Below are positions 26,108 through 34,547 of a DNA stretch of 47,886 nucleotides, in pieces. Positions within the stretch are counted from its first letter, which is position 1, and every line of letters starts with the position of its first letter. The stretch is from a virus. Both the position numbers and the translations under genes were made by a program. The stretch spans positions 1-47,886 of IMG/VR virus record IMGVR_UViG_3300045988_074299; one strand, given 5' to 3'. A model generated the notes under the pieces. The model was given only the letters and a program-made list of their open reading frames with translations, made no database searches and had not been told where the DNA came from.

Positions 26108-26345
26108 CAATTATCGCCGCCTTTGCTACTTTTTCTCCACTTACAAGCAAAACATCAATTCCGTTGATATACTTTATACCAATTGAATTTACTTTAAGTT
26201 CATACAATATTTCCTCTTGCTGTAACAATTGGTAATATATATCTGAAGATAGAAGAAAGTAATTTGGTTCTATGCCTGTCTTTACAAACAAGCACTCATA
26301 TGAGTGCTGCAATTCTTCTAATATTCTTTTACTTGCTTCATTCAT
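26085..26345 (-). CDS. Hypothetical protein
   Basis: Track ORF. The ATG at 26345 (ATGAATGA overlap with the upstream stop) is preferred over 26360. Confidence 0.55.
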   Translation of the reverse strand: MNEASKRILEELQHSYECLFVKTGIEPNYFLLSSDIYYQLLQQEEILYELKVNSIGIKYINGIDVLLVSGEKVAKAAIIDEQQSTT

Positions 26346-26565
26346 TATCGGCGTCACCATCCTTAAAAAAGTTAATCCATTTATTTAAAGACTCAGAACA
26401 TTCAGGACACAAATCAAAGTATCTGTCATTATTGTATGATGATTTGCCAACAAAAGCATCTCTAACCATTATTTCAGTATACTTATTCGGATTTAACCGT
26501 TCATCTGACTTTATATATGGTTCAAATAATTTACCACATCGATCACACTTCTTTGCATCTGCCAT
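26338..26565 (-). CDS. Small zinc-ribbon protein
   Basis: 75 aa. CDRCGK...(42 aa)...CPEC. Confidence 0.6.
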   Translation of the reverse strand: MADAKKCDRCGKLFEPYIKSDERLNPNKYTEIMVRDAFVGKSSYNNDRYFDLCPECSESLNKWINFFKDGDADNE

Positions 26566-26571
26566 TTCTCT

Positions 26572-26802
26572 TTACCTCCGTATATTCTTGTTTGGACTTT
26601 TCAACTTTCCCTGATATTGTACTGTTGCCTTCAATGTTTTGCGAAATACCATATCCATACAATCAAAACACAGATGAACAATTGCATCTCCAATTGCCAT
26701 ATCGTAAAACTCTTTGTCCTCTTTTTCAATTGGTTTGCCACATGCTGTACACTCGCAATGTTTCTTTCCACTATTGATTCTCATTTTAATTGGTTCACTC
26801 AT
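26572..26802 (-). CDS. Small zinc-ribbon protein
   Basis: 76 aa. CECTACGK...(21 aa)...HLCFDC. Confidence 0.6.
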   Translation of the reverse strand: MSEPIKMRINSGKKHCECTACGKPIEKEDKEFYDMAIGDAIVHLCFDCMDMVFRKTLKATVQYQGKLKSPNKNIRR

Positions 26803-26811
26803 TATAACCTC

Positions 26812-26940
26812 CTAGCTGTTTGTTGTACCGACTCCAGTAATCATACCATCATTGATCTCAACTGTAAAGCCAGCATCAATCAAAATCCCGATACTAATGT
26901 TGTTCCAAAACTGCAATTCAAAACTATTAAGCTTTCTCAT
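26812..26940 (-). CDS. Hypothetical small protein (42 aa)
   Basis: Manually found: RBS GGAGGT, 6 nt, ATG. Sequence MRKLNSFELQFWNNISIGILIDAGFTVEINDGMITGVGTTNS. Its stop lies inside the next CTAGGAGG RBS. Confidence 0.4.
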   Translation of the reverse strand: MRKLNSFELQFWNNISIGILIDAGFTVEINDGMITGVGTTNS

Positions 26941-26952
26941 TGCTTTACCTCC

Positions 26953-27342
26953 TTACGCTACTGCATTTTTGATTTTCTCAATCATTGTAGCCTTGTCGTA
27001 TGTTCTATACCATTTGCTACAATGTAACATTTTCATTACACGGATTAACACTTTGCGATTAACTTTGATTAACTGATTGTTCTCAACGCCAAGCGTCTCA
27101 ATATCTGATAACAACTGCTGTGCAATGATCTCTACCTGATCGTTTTCTACTTTATCCGCTTTTACTCTCTTGTTTGCATTAGCTTTCTTCTGCTCAACCT
27201 TAGCAATTGCTTCAACTACCATTGGAACTAATACAACTCTTCTGTATTTGCTTGGATTCTTAATTCCATATTTTACTGCTAACTTTCTGATCTCAACTAC
27301 TGTTAAACCATTTACCTGTGCTTCAATGTTATTTGTTCTCAT
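26953..27342 (-). CDS. Hypothetical protein with an N-terminal HeH/Rho-N-like motif
   Basis: 129 aa. LTVVEIRKLAVKYGIKNPSKYRRVVLVPMVVEAI. Confidence 0.6.
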   Translation of the reverse strand: MRTNNIEAQVNGLTVVEIRKLAVKYGIKNPSKYRRVVLVPMVVEAIAKVEQKKANANKRVKADKVENDQVEIIAQQLLSDIETLGVENNQLIKVNRKVLIRVMKMLHCSKWYRTYDKATMIEKIKNAVA

Positions 27343-27411
27343 AATTTTGTACCTCCATACATTTATGTATTTAATATTTGTTATTAAGTTATCTCTTTAA
27401 CTTATGTTTAG

Positions 27412-27440
27412 AGTATAGTCCATTTAGAAACAAATGTCAA
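27412..27440 (-). promoter_or_regulatory. Sigma-A-type promoter
   Basis: Minus strand TTGACA-17 nt-TATACT with an upstream AAAAAAGTTTCCGAAAACA element. Confidence 0.6.
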
Positions 27441-27460
27441 CATGTTTTCGGAAACTTTTT

Positions 27461-27492
27461 TATAAAAATAAATAGGCGGTGTTACCCGCCTA
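27461..27492 (-). terminator. Intrinsic terminator
   Basis: Minus-strand RNA UAGGCGG-guaaca-CCGCCUA followed by UUUAUUUUUAUA. The stem includes the stop codon of gene 27490..27699. Confidence 0.65.
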
Positions 27493-27699
27493 CTTAATAT
27501 GGCATTTGCTAGGTATATGCACTGAACGTTTATTCCTTTTACTAGCTCTATGCATATCTGCTAACGCGTCATCTATTCTAAATTGCTTCGCGTTCCTTTC
27601 ATAACGTTCATTGTTTTTTTTGACCTCCTCCAAATACTGCTCACATATTGTGTGGCAACCGACGATACGGAGGGTACAACCTTTACATACTGAATCCAT
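27490..27699 (-). CDS. Small Cys-rich protein
   Basis: 69 aa. CKGC-x6-GCHTIC at the N-terminus and a basic C-terminus. Confidence 0.55.
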   Translation of the reverse strand: MDSVCKGCTLRIVGCHTICEQYLEEVKKNNERYERNAKQFRIDDALADMHRASKRNKRSVHIPSKCHIK

Positions 27700-27700
27700 A

Positions 27701-28387
27701 TTAGTGTTCCTCTTCTAACTTTTGATTTACTGGTGGCAGAAAACCATATAATGCTATTCCAATACTATCAGCCTTGTTATCGTTGAATGTATAACGTGTT
27801 CCATCCGGTGCAACGAAATATTGTTTCTTTTTGTTAGATACCGGATATGAGATTTGATCCTTCAATCCTAACCCAATACAATATTCAATCGTTGGCCACT
27901 TCTCTGGCGGAATCCCGTGACCAATTTCTCTTGGCTTTGATGTACCAACCACTTGACTTTTCCAGCTTCTTGTATCGACTGAATAAACCGGAATATCAAA
28001 CTTGGATGCAGTATCTACGACTAAAGCGTTCAATGCTCCAATCCCTTTTATATAGTTCAAGTTCAAGAAGTGTTCTGACCCTGGTTTTGCCGATTGAAGC
28101 CTGATCCGCTCAATTATGCATATAACCTCACAGGATTCGAATTCGGTTGATTTTTTGCAACAACTTGCAAAGCATTTGGTAAGAATTTTTTGGAGCTTAG
28201 CCCGCTTTTCAGTATTGCTCATTGATTGGGTGGTCTTGCATTCATTAACTATCTTAACACGGCGATCAATTGCAACACATATTCCCGAATCTGCATACGA
28301 CTGATCAATCCCAATCACTATTTTGTGCTTTCGCTTTTCTTGCTTTCCCTTTTTTAAGTCGCTGTTTAAGCTGTTCTTTCTGTTCAT
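27701..28387 (-). CDS. RuvC-like Holliday junction resolvase
   Basis: Motifs IVIGIDQSYADSGICV (first Asp), ICIIERIR (Glu) and NKADSIGIALYG (C-terminal Asp). The N-terminal basic extension overlaps the upstream ORF by 83 nt, so the real start may be the GTG at 28318. Confidence 0.6.
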   Translation of the reverse strand: MNRKNSLNSDLKKGKQEKRKHKIVIGIDQSYADSGICVAIDRRVKIVNECKTTQSMSNTEKRAKLQKILTKCFASCCKKSTEFESCEVICIIERIRLQSAKPGSEHFLNLNYIKGIGALNALVVDTASKFDIPVYSVDTRSWKSQVVGTSKPREIGHGIPPEKWPTIEYCIGLGLKDQISYPVSNKKKQYFVAPDGTRYTFNDNKADSIGIALYGFLPPVNQKLEEEH

Positions 28388-28610
28388 CAGACATTTCCAC
28401 TCCTTCCTTGATGATGATATTCAACTTCAATGCAGATAATGGAAGTTTAGCAAATATTGACCCATCTTCGTTGGTTTTAATTTTGACCAATTTTGGATGC
28501 TTCTGTTTTAACTTCCTTACCTTAGTAATATAACGTTGCTGTGTTAAACTTAACGTTATCATGTCTTGACCTGTTAACCACTCAATAACATTCTCTTTGT
28601 TCTTTTCCAT
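28305..28610 (-). CDS. Hypothetical basic protein
   Basis: Track ORF. The ATG at 28610 is preceded by AAAGGAG plus 7 nt and is preferred over 28658. Confidence 0.5.
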   Translation of the reverse strand: MEKNKENVIEWLTGQDMITLSLTQQRYITKVRKLKQKHPKLVKIKTNEDGSIFAKLPLSALKLNIIIKEGVEMSDEQKEQLKQRLKKGKARKAKAQNSDWD

Positions 28611-28623
28611 TTTGGCGCTCCTT

Positions 28624-28821
28624 TTACTCATAGCGTTTGATATTCCATTGTTTGACAAATTCCTTGGTTATCATTACAACGCATTTTTCTTTATAATCAT
28701 ACAAGCAGATTGGATGTGTATACTTTTCTATGCCTTTACTTTTTCCTAAGTATTTGAATTTGCGTTTTTTATTATTGTAAGGGTTTATTCCTACAACAAT
28801 CTGCCCTTTGCTTACTTTCAT
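28624..28821 (-). CDS. Hypothetical protein
   Basis: 65 aa track ORF with an ATGA overlap with the upstream gene. Confidence 0.55.
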   Translation of the reverse strand: MKVSKGQIVVGINPYNNKKRKFKYLGKSKGIEKYTHPICLYDYKEKCVVMITKEFVKQWNIKRYE

Positions 28822-29681
28822 AGCTTAACCCTCCCGAATCCAACATCCCAACATGCATTCCTCATAACACAATCCATTGCCATTTTACAATTGCTGTTGG
28901 TGCACTCTTTGCAACGTTTAACTAGCTTGTGTTCATCCAACAACCTGTTTTTATAGAATTGTACCTGGTCCATACGATCGATATAAGGCTCCAAGAAATC
29001 CTCGTCGTAATTGTATACATAACACTTGAACTCCTGATCGTTCTTAGAATCACAAAGGACGAACCCTTTGGTGTAGTCATTCCCATTCCACTTTCCTTTT
29101 GCCATTGCTTCCTGAATACAGAAATACATGTACAACTGTAATTGCTTATGTGCTGATGGGTGGCTCTTCATTTTCTTGAACTGAAAACTATTCACCGATT
29201 TGATTTCTCCAACCATTACACCGTCAAAAAACTCCGGAATCCTACAGACAATATCAGGAGTGTATGATACTTCATATTCTGTATTAAACCTTGTCCGGTC
29301 CATTGTCTTTGCTTTTCCGTATCCTGCACGGATCAAAAGCCTCTGCCACTTCTCGTGGATTGCATTACCCTCTTCAAAGATCCTCAACAAACCAACATTA
29401 GTATTCTCTTTCTGGACTTGCTTATACAACAAACTTAACACTTCTCTTCTTGTGCACCATTGCTTATCTCCAACGATCAATGACGATGCATGCAATCCAA
29501 CACGTTCCTGAGATTCAAGACCTCTAGTCATTACCTGTTCAATGAATTTTACCTCTTCACCGATATCGTGTTGGGTATAAAACATTTTGTTGAGAATCTT
29601 CTCTAATTGTACCGCATCCGATGTTTGAATCTTAGTTCCATTCTTTGCTGCACTGTTCTTAATTTCGTCAATTATTCCCAC
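28818..29681 (-). CDS. Cas4/RecB-family PD-(D/E)XK exonuclease with a putative Fe-S cysteine cluster
   Basis: 287 aa. N-terminal Cys (QWCTRRE), PDIV...VGEIKS (D...ExK), HKQLQLYMY (QxxxY) and C-terminal CKECTNSNC...C...C. Confidence 0.7.
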   Translation of the reverse strand: MGIIDEIKNSAAKNGTKIQTSDAVQLEKILNKMFYTQHDIGEEVKFIEQVMTRGLESQERVGLHASSLIVGDKQWCTRREVLSLLYKQVQKENTNVGLLRIFEEGNAIHEKWQRLLIRAGYGKAKTMDRTRFNTEYEVSYTPDIVCRIPEFFDGVMVGEIKSVNSFQFKKMKSHPSAHKQLQLYMYFCIQEAMAKGKWNGNDYTKGFVLCDSKNDQEFKCYVYNYDEDFLEPYIDRMDQVQFYKNRLLDEHKLVKRCKECTNSNCKMAMDCVMRNACWDVGFGRVKL

Positions 29682-29707
29682 TTGCTTCTCTCCTTAAATA
29701 TTATAAT

Positions 29708-29728
29708 AGCCGGGAATTACACCCGGCT
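29708..29728. other. GC-rich stem-loop (AGCCGGG-aattaca-CCCGGCT) whose long T-run lies on the plus strand
   Basis: Read directly. The plus strand continues TTTTATTTTTATT. The minus-strand transcript continues AUUAUAAUAUUU. Confidence 0.5.
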
Positions 29729-29739
29729 TTTTATTTTTA

Positions 29740-29982
29740 TTAGTGTTTTTCTTTTCTATATGCAACTATTTCCCAATTCCAAGAGTCATAATACCCTGTA
29801 GTATCTAAGTAACAAGCCTTAATTCTTTTAAAGGCTTGTACATATTTTCCATCAATCCTGCATTCAGTATATTCATACTGGTATGAGCCAATAACTAATG
29901 GTAATGGCTCTGTATTAAGTTTTTCAAGTGTTGCCTTTGCAACCCTAACTCCATTGATTTTTACGATCTCTGATTTATTCAT
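29740..29982 (-). CDS. Hypothetical protein
   Basis: 80 aa track ORF. RBS CTAGGAGGATAAAAAT then ATG. Confidence 0.6.
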   Translation of the reverse strand: MNKSEIVKINGVRVAKATLEKLNTEPLPLVIGSYQYEYTECRIDGKYVQAFKRIKACYLDTTGYYDSWNWEIVAYRKEKH

Positions 29983-30002
29983 ATTTTTATCCTCCTAGAT
30001 AT

Positions 30003-30182
30003 TTATTTGGCAATTGCCCAATCCATAATTGCCAACTTGTTTGTTCTCATATTGTACTTTGCTATTACACCATCTTCACTCCAATAAATAGTAACATTAC
30101 CCTCAACTTCTGTATCTATTACTTTTCTATTGGTCTGCTGTTCAATGTAATCAATTCTATCCATCTTTGACATTTTTTTCAT
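30003..30182 (-). CDS. Hypothetical small protein (59 aa)
   Basis: Manually translated: RBS TAGGAGGG, 7 nt, ATG. Sequence MKKMSKMDRIDYIEQQTNRKVIDTEVEGNVTIYWSEDGVIAKYNMRTNKLAIMDWAIAK. First gene after the promoter at 30227..30254. Confidence 0.5.
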   Translation of the reverse strand: MKKMSKMDRIDYIEQQTNRKVIDTEVEGNVTIYWSEDGVIAKYNMRTNKLAIMDWAIAK

Positions 30183-30226
30183 TTCTTTACCCTCCTAGGT
30201 GTTATTTGTTTGCTCCTTATAATTAT

Positions 30227-30254
30227 ATTATACACAAACTTACAAAAATGGCAA
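30227..30254 (-). promoter_or_regulatory. Sigma-A-type promoter
   Basis: Minus strand TTGCCA-16 nt-TATAAT. Confidence 0.5.
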
Positions 30255-30263
30255 CAACTATTT

Positions 30264-30407
30264 CTACTTTTTATTAGTTTTCTGCTGGCCTAATTTCTGT
30301 TGATCCGCTTTCCACTTAGTCTCGCACGAACATGTTCCTTCGTCCGGACACATTCCACATCTTGCTATATCTTCCCATTGACCAAAACAGTTTAACTTAT
30401 ATTCCAT
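30264..30407 (-). CDS. Small Cys-rich protein (47 aa)
   Basis: Manually found: RBS GGAGGA, 7 nt, ATG. Sequence MEYKLNCFGQWEDIARCGMCPDEGTCSCETKWKADQQKLGQQKTNKK. Confidence 0.4.
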   Translation of the reverse strand: MEYKLNCFGQWEDIARCGMCPDEGTCSCETKWKADQQKLGQQKTNKK

Positions 30408-30545
30408 CTATCTTTCCTCCAGATACAAAACTCTTGCAGCTTCTCTTAACTTATCACCGTCTTGTGTCGAATACTGTTCGACTCCTACAGATCCTAACAA
30501 ATGTGAAACCTGACAAATGAACTCATATGCTTCTTCTGCACTCAT
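30408..30545 (-). CDS. Hypothetical small protein (45 aa)
   Basis: Manually found: RBS GGAGGG, 6 nt, ATG. Sequence MSAEEAYEFICQVSHLLGSVGVEQYSTQDGDKLREAARVLYLEER. Its stop abuts the next ATG. Confidence 0.4.
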   Translation of the reverse strand: MSAEEAYEFICQVSHLLGSVGVEQYSTQDGDKLREAARVLYLEER

Positions 30546-30575
30546 TATTTTCCCTCCACTTCTGAAATTGAAACA

Positions 30576-30767
30576 TTAACAAAGTTTTCTCTTTCGCTCT
30601 TGAGCAATTATTTGGCAGCCACAAGCTGGACAATCAAATGTATCATATATGTTGCCTTCAATACGCTTAAATACTGTTGCCGCTCCTGATTCACCATTAT
30701 CTCTTGTAATATAATGCTTATCAATTACTGGTACAAATTCACATCCACAAATTTTACATTTAATCAT
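30576..30767 (-). CDS. Small zinc-ribbon protein
   Basis: 63 aa. CKICGC...(38 aa)...CPACGC. Confidence 0.6.
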   Translation of the reverse strand: MIKCKICGCEFVPVIDKHYITRDNGESGAATVFKRIEGNIYDTFDCPACGCQIIAQERKRKLC

Positions 30768-30768
30768 T

Positions 30769-30996
30769 CTACACCTCCACTTTTACAACTTCTAATTTTA
30801 CAACTTCCATATACTGCTCTTTCCAATCAAATACATTGTTTAAATCATATGAACTGTAGCCAACATTGTCATAGTCTTTGCCAACCACATGGTAAAGTAT
30901 CTCAAAGTATGGTTTTTCTTTTGTTCCTGAGACAATAATCATTGCTTTATCGACTTTTATTTTTTTCTCATCAATTGTTGTTGTTAATTCTTCCAT
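30769..30996 (-). CDS. Hypothetical protein
   Basis: 75 aa track ORF with RBS GGGAGG upstream. Confidence 0.6.
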   Translation of the reverse strand: MEELTTTIDEKKIKVDKAMIIVSGTKEKPYFEILYHVVGKDYDNVGYSSYDLNNVFDWKEQYMEVVKLEVVKVEV

Positions 30997-31129
30997 TTTT
31001 CTTTTCCTCCCTATTTTTATTATTATCCAAATGGCTTCCTGCTGCCCAATATTTGCATTTTATTTTCAAGCAATGTTCTATTGAAGTACTATCACAAGCA
31101 GAACACTTCTCTATATTGCTACTCATCAT
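30971..31129 (-). CDS. Possible small Cys-rich protein (about 52 aa)
   Basis: The track ORF 30971..31186 overlaps the recA-like 3' end. A start within the ATGATGATGATG run after GGAGG is more plausible. Contains CSAC...HC...C. Confidence 0.35.
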   Translation of the reverse strand: MMSSNIEKCSACDSTSIEHCLKIKCKYWAAGSHLDNNKNREEKKNGRINNNN

Positions 31130-32069
31130 CATCATCCTCCATGAATTCTTTTGGGACTCTCTTTCCAAACTTTGCAGCCTCTGCAACCATTAGTTCTTTT
31201 CTGATCTTCTGAACATCATCAAACGAAACAAAGCCACGATCAAAGAAAAGCGGAATCTCGCATTCACCCATTGGGTTACATACCTTGGATTTAACAACCT
31301 TGCACTTCATAATCAATCCGACTTTCTTGTTTGTAGCACTGTTTCTTGGATCCTTATTGGGAATCTCAATCCAAGCTCTCCGCGCTACTTGGATGCGGAG
31401 TGAACAAGCATGTTTTAACTTTCTGCCTCCTGGAGTATCTGTCTTTTCTCCAAACAACATTGCATTCATCTTATCCCTTACCTGATTAACGAACACCAAC
31501 GTCGTTCCAGTGATCTCGATAATCTCTTCTACAGTAGGAAGATACTTGTTCATTAACCTTGCTGTGCCACCAATTCTCTGTTCTTCGATCGAGTCCTTTT
31601 CGGCGGACTTAAGAACCTTTTCAGCATCTTCCTTTGGAACCATGCTTGGTACTGAATCAATACCAATTAACGGTATACCAGCTTTTGCAAACTGTATTGT
31701 TTTATTGAATGCATCTTCGCCGTACTTGGCACGATAAATCAACATTTGTTTTGGTCTATTACCAAATACCTTTGCACGTTCTGCATCAAATGTTCCCTCA
31801 ATTGGAATATCCAAGCATAACTGATGCAAACCACACAAGTGATAAAGCAACGTTGTTTTCCCTGAACTTTCGGGACCAAAAATCTCAACCACTCTACCTT
31901 CTGGCATACCACCACCGATAATTGCATCAAGATCTTCAATACCAGTTGGCCATCTCTTAATCTTAAGATTAGCATTTTTGCTACCTATGGTGTAAATAGA
32001 ACCTTCACCATCTTTTTTGTTGATTTGGTTGCATAGCTTAATGATCATTTCCTTATTTGTCTTTGCCAC
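31119..32069 (-). CDS. recA: RecA-family recombinase
   Basis: LDAIIGGGMPEGRVVEIFGPESSGKTTLLYHL (Walker A as in RecA), LIGIDSV, and LVFVNQVRDKMNAMLFGEKTDTPGGRKLKHACSLRIQV, which is collinear with bacterial RecA. Acidic tail EDDDDE. The GTG at 32069, 5 nt after GGAGG, is the preferred start. Confidence 0.85.
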   Translation of the reverse strand: MAKTNKEMIIKLCNQINKKDGEGSIYTIGSKNANLKIKRWPTGIEDLDAIIGGGMPEGRVVEIFGPESSGKTTLLYHLCGLHQLCLDIPIEGTFDAERAKVFGNRPKQMLIYRAKYGEDAFNKTIQFAKAGIPLIGIDSVPSMVPKEDAEKVLKSAEKDSIEEQRIGGTARLMNKYLPTVEEIIEITGTTLVFVNQVRDKMNAMLFGEKTDTPGGRKLKHACSLRIQVARRAWIEIPNKDPRNSATNKKVGLIMKCKVVKSKVCNPMGECEIPLFFDRGFVSFDDVQKIRKELMVAEAAKFGKRVPKEFMEDDDDE

Positions 32070-32260
32070 TTTTTCCTCCAATCTAGCTAACCTGTAGCTA
32101 CTTTTGTTTCCTTAGCATTTCACATTAGTAATTTCAGCAACAATCTTGCCATCATTGACCTCATATTCTGTTCCTGAACGTTTGGCTGTAATTGCCAACA
32201 TATTTACTGGCATTCTATTTAATACTTCTAAATGCATTTGATCACGATCAATCATTTTAT

Positions 32261-32692
32261 CTATTCCAATTGCCATAATTTTTTACAACTCCTTTCATAG
32301 TGTTTATTTACTAATTTACTTTCTACTTTATACCATTCCTGATCAGTCATTCCTCCACAATCATACTTTTCTTGCAAATTGCAAAAACACTGCAGAAAGT
32401 ATCTATCATTATGCCAACCTTTGAACGGTCTACTTGTAAACCTATCACATTTATAGTACTTTTCAAATTTGCTGCGATCTACCTTATAACCTCTTCTAAG
32501 TATTTCATTTGATACAAGAATTGAATAACTATAAAAATCAGAAATGTCATAATCTAATATTTTATTTACCAACAAATGATTTGGTGTACCGTTTACATAG
32601 ATATTTCTTGCTATACAACAGCATTCTCTCCATTGTGATAGCAATTGCTGCCTTGGCAAAACATCTAATAAATCTATATGCCATAGTCTCAT
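32261..32692 (-). CDS. Pyrimidine-dimer DNA glycosylase family protein (DenV/endonuclease V-like)
   Basis: N-terminus MRLWHIDLLDVLPRQQLLSQWRECCCI matches the conserved MRLWH..L...LPRQQLL.Q.REC signature. Confidence 0.75.
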   Translation of the reverse strand: MRLWHIDLLDVLPRQQLLSQWRECCCIARNIYVNGTPNHLLVNKILDYDISDFYSYSILVSNEILRRGYKVDRSKFEKYYKCDRFTSRPFKGWHNDRYFLQCFCNLQEKYDCGGMTDQEWYKVESKLVNKHYERSCKKLWQLE

Positions 32693-32741
32693 TTTCCGTT
32701 CCTCCTAACATTTAGGGCGGTATATCCAACCGCCCATTTAC

Positions 32742-33428
32742 TTAACCTTCAATGGCTCTATTTGCCATTGCTGACTTTCCTGCCTTCACACCTTCACCAT
32801 ATGCGTTAGCATCCAAGCCGTTGTTTCTCATTCCAGCATTCATTGACTTGAATTCTTTCGAACGCTCCGCATATGCTTTATTAACGTCTTCCGGAACAAC
32901 AATCATCAATGCCGTGCACTGCTTACCAAGTGCCTCTTTTAAACCAGCCATATAACCTTTTACAAAGCTGTTATATACACCCGATGTATTAGACTTAATT
33001 CCTGCTTTCTTAGCGTCACGGATCATTTTGTATACCAACTTATTCGCTAACTTATCACCGTTCTGAAATAAAAATGTATAAATCTGCTTGGCAACTTGCA
33101 CATCTGTTTTGTGCCCATAAAATACAACAGCTGCTTTGCCATAAAAGAAATGCTTGCATCTAAAGTTGCTTGCTACGATTTCTGCCAACTGATACTTCCA
33201 ACCTCTTGCAACACCCCACGTTACAAGATCTTTGAACCAGATTGGACTTTCTTCAATCTCTTCTACTGGTCCAACACCTTTAACATCTTCCATTGAGATG
33301 TTATACTTGGCTAAAAGCTTTTGTGCCATTAAAGCTGCTGACTTAGCTTCCTCTGCTGAAGGATTATTGTTTGCTAACTCCAAACACTTTTTGATCTTCT
33401 CAATAATTTTCTCATTCATTTCACTCAT
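32742..33428 (-). CDS. DUF2786-type protein (N-terminal helical domain common in phage and plasmid replication regions)
   Basis: EKIKKCLELANNNPSAEEAKSAALMAQKLLAKYNISMEDV is the typical DUF2786 signature. 228 aa. Confidence 0.65.
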   Translation of the reverse strand: MSEMNEKIIEKIKKCLELANNNPSAEEAKSAALMAQKLLAKYNISMEDVKGVGPVEEIEESPIWFKDLVTWGVARGWKYQLAEIVASNFRCKHFFYGKAAVVFYGHKTDVQVAKQIYTFLFQNGDKLANKLVYKMIRDAKKAGIKSNTSGVYNSFVKGYMAGLKEALGKQCTALMIVVPEDVNKAYAERSKEFKSMNAGMRNNGLDANAYGEGVKAGKSAMANRAIEG

Positions 33429-33474
33429 TTTGTTTTCCTCCTAGAAATTTGTTTGTTCTTCTTTAACTATCTTT

Positions 33475-33503
33475 ATTATACACACTTACCAACTAAATGT
33501 CAA
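33475..33503 (-). promoter_or_regulatory. Sigma-A-type promoter (consensus)
   Basis: Minus strand TTGACA-17 nt-TATAAT. Confidence 0.65.
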
Positions 33504-33626
33504 CAACTTTCCCATATTTATTTTCAATATGTTGCTCCACTTCTGTTCTTTCTCCAATATCGCAACTTTGCTCAAACTGGCCATTAACATACACCTCATA
33601 ATGTTCTAATACTCTTTGGAATTGCA

Positions 33627-33872
33627 CTACAATATCCGGCATACTTGATACCTCTTTCCTTGTTCTCTTGCTTCCATTAACATTGATTGATACTTATGAT
33701 TTAACTCTTCAATTGTTTGCGTACTGAATTGTAAATACGTTTTTGCGCCTACTTCTAGGTAAATACTATACGACGTTCCATCATCCGTATCTGCTTGCAC
33801 AATCCGATACGACTCAATCTTACCACACCTATCCTTAAGCTTTAACTTGGTTATCCTTGAGAATGTTTTCAT
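33627..33872 (-). CDS. Hypothetical protein
   Basis: Track ORF. The ATG at 33872, 5 nt after GGAGGA, is preferred over 33884. Confidence 0.55.
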   Translation of the reverse strand: MKTFSRITKLKLKDRCGKIESYRIVQADTDDGTSYSIYLEVGAKTYLQFSTQTIEELNHKYQSMLMEAREQGKRYQVCRIL

Positions 33873-33889
33873 CAAATCCTCCATAGCAA

Positions 33890-33943
33890 CTTGCTAATCA
33901 AAATCAGCGCCAAAACACTTCCGATATGTTCCGGCGCTGATTT
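33890..33943 (-). terminator. Candidate intrinsic terminator closing the deazaguanine operon
   Basis: 11-bp perfect stem AAATCAGCGCC/GGCGCTGATTT (33901-33911 and 33933-33943) with an inner 4-bp extension. The minus-strand RNA continues UUGAUU. Confidence 0.5.
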
Positions 33944-33955
33944 ACCAACATAACT

Positions 33956-34546
33956 TTATTTACTAAGCAAACTGTATACTTCTGCACGTAACGGTGCACT
34001 CTCTTTGAATAAACCTCTCAATACTGCACTGTTTGTTACAGTTCCTGGCTTTTTGATTCCTCTTGCAGTCATACAAGAATGTTCTCCTTCGATCACAACC
34101 ATCACATCATGGGTCTTTAATACCATCTGCAATATATCTGCAATGTCGGTTGCAATGCGCTCCTGAAGTTGCAGGCGCTTACATACCATATCAACAATCC
34201 TTGCAATCTTGCTCAGCCCGATGACTCTGCCATCCGGAATATATGCAACAGAAACCTTCATGTTATACATCAATGCTAAATGGTGCTCACAATAGCTAAA
34301 TGCATCAATATTCTTCATTAGCACGAGATCTTTTGCCTCTGGCTCTTCAAAGCATTTGTTAAACTTATTAGCGATCTCTTCGTTAGTATATCTCATACCT
34401 TCAAATACTTCGTTATACATCTTAGCAACACGCTTTGGCGTGTCCTTTAACCCTTCTCTTTCGGGATCATCGCCTAATGCTTCTAAGATTGATCTAACTG
34501 CCTGCTCAATCTTATTCATTGATTCTTTGCTTAATTCTCTTTCCAT
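33956..34546 (-). CDS. folE: GTP cyclohydrolase I
   Basis: Collinear with bacterial FolE: [40 protein letters not shown] and [16 protein letters not shown]. The ATG at 34546 is the preferred start. Confidence 0.92.
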   Translation of the reverse strand: MERELSKESMNKIEQAVRSILEALGDDPEREGLKDTPKRVAKMYNEVFEGMRYTNEEIANKFNKCFEEPEAKDLVLMKNIDAFSYCEHHLALMYNMKVSVAYIPDGRVIGLSKIARIVDMVCKRLQLQERIATDIADILQMVLKTHDVMVVIEGEHSCMTARGIKKPGTVTNSAVLRGLFKESAPLRAEVYSLLSK

Positions 34547-34547
34547 C

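Noticed and set aside
33429-33626. A 43-codon GTG-initiated ORF (QFQRVLEHYEVYVNGQFEQSCDIGERTEVEQHIENKYGKVVDI) between 33627 and the promoter at 33475..33503
   Set aside because: It reads through the -35 box of a consensus promoter and has no RBS. It may be real through translational coupling, but the support is insufficient.
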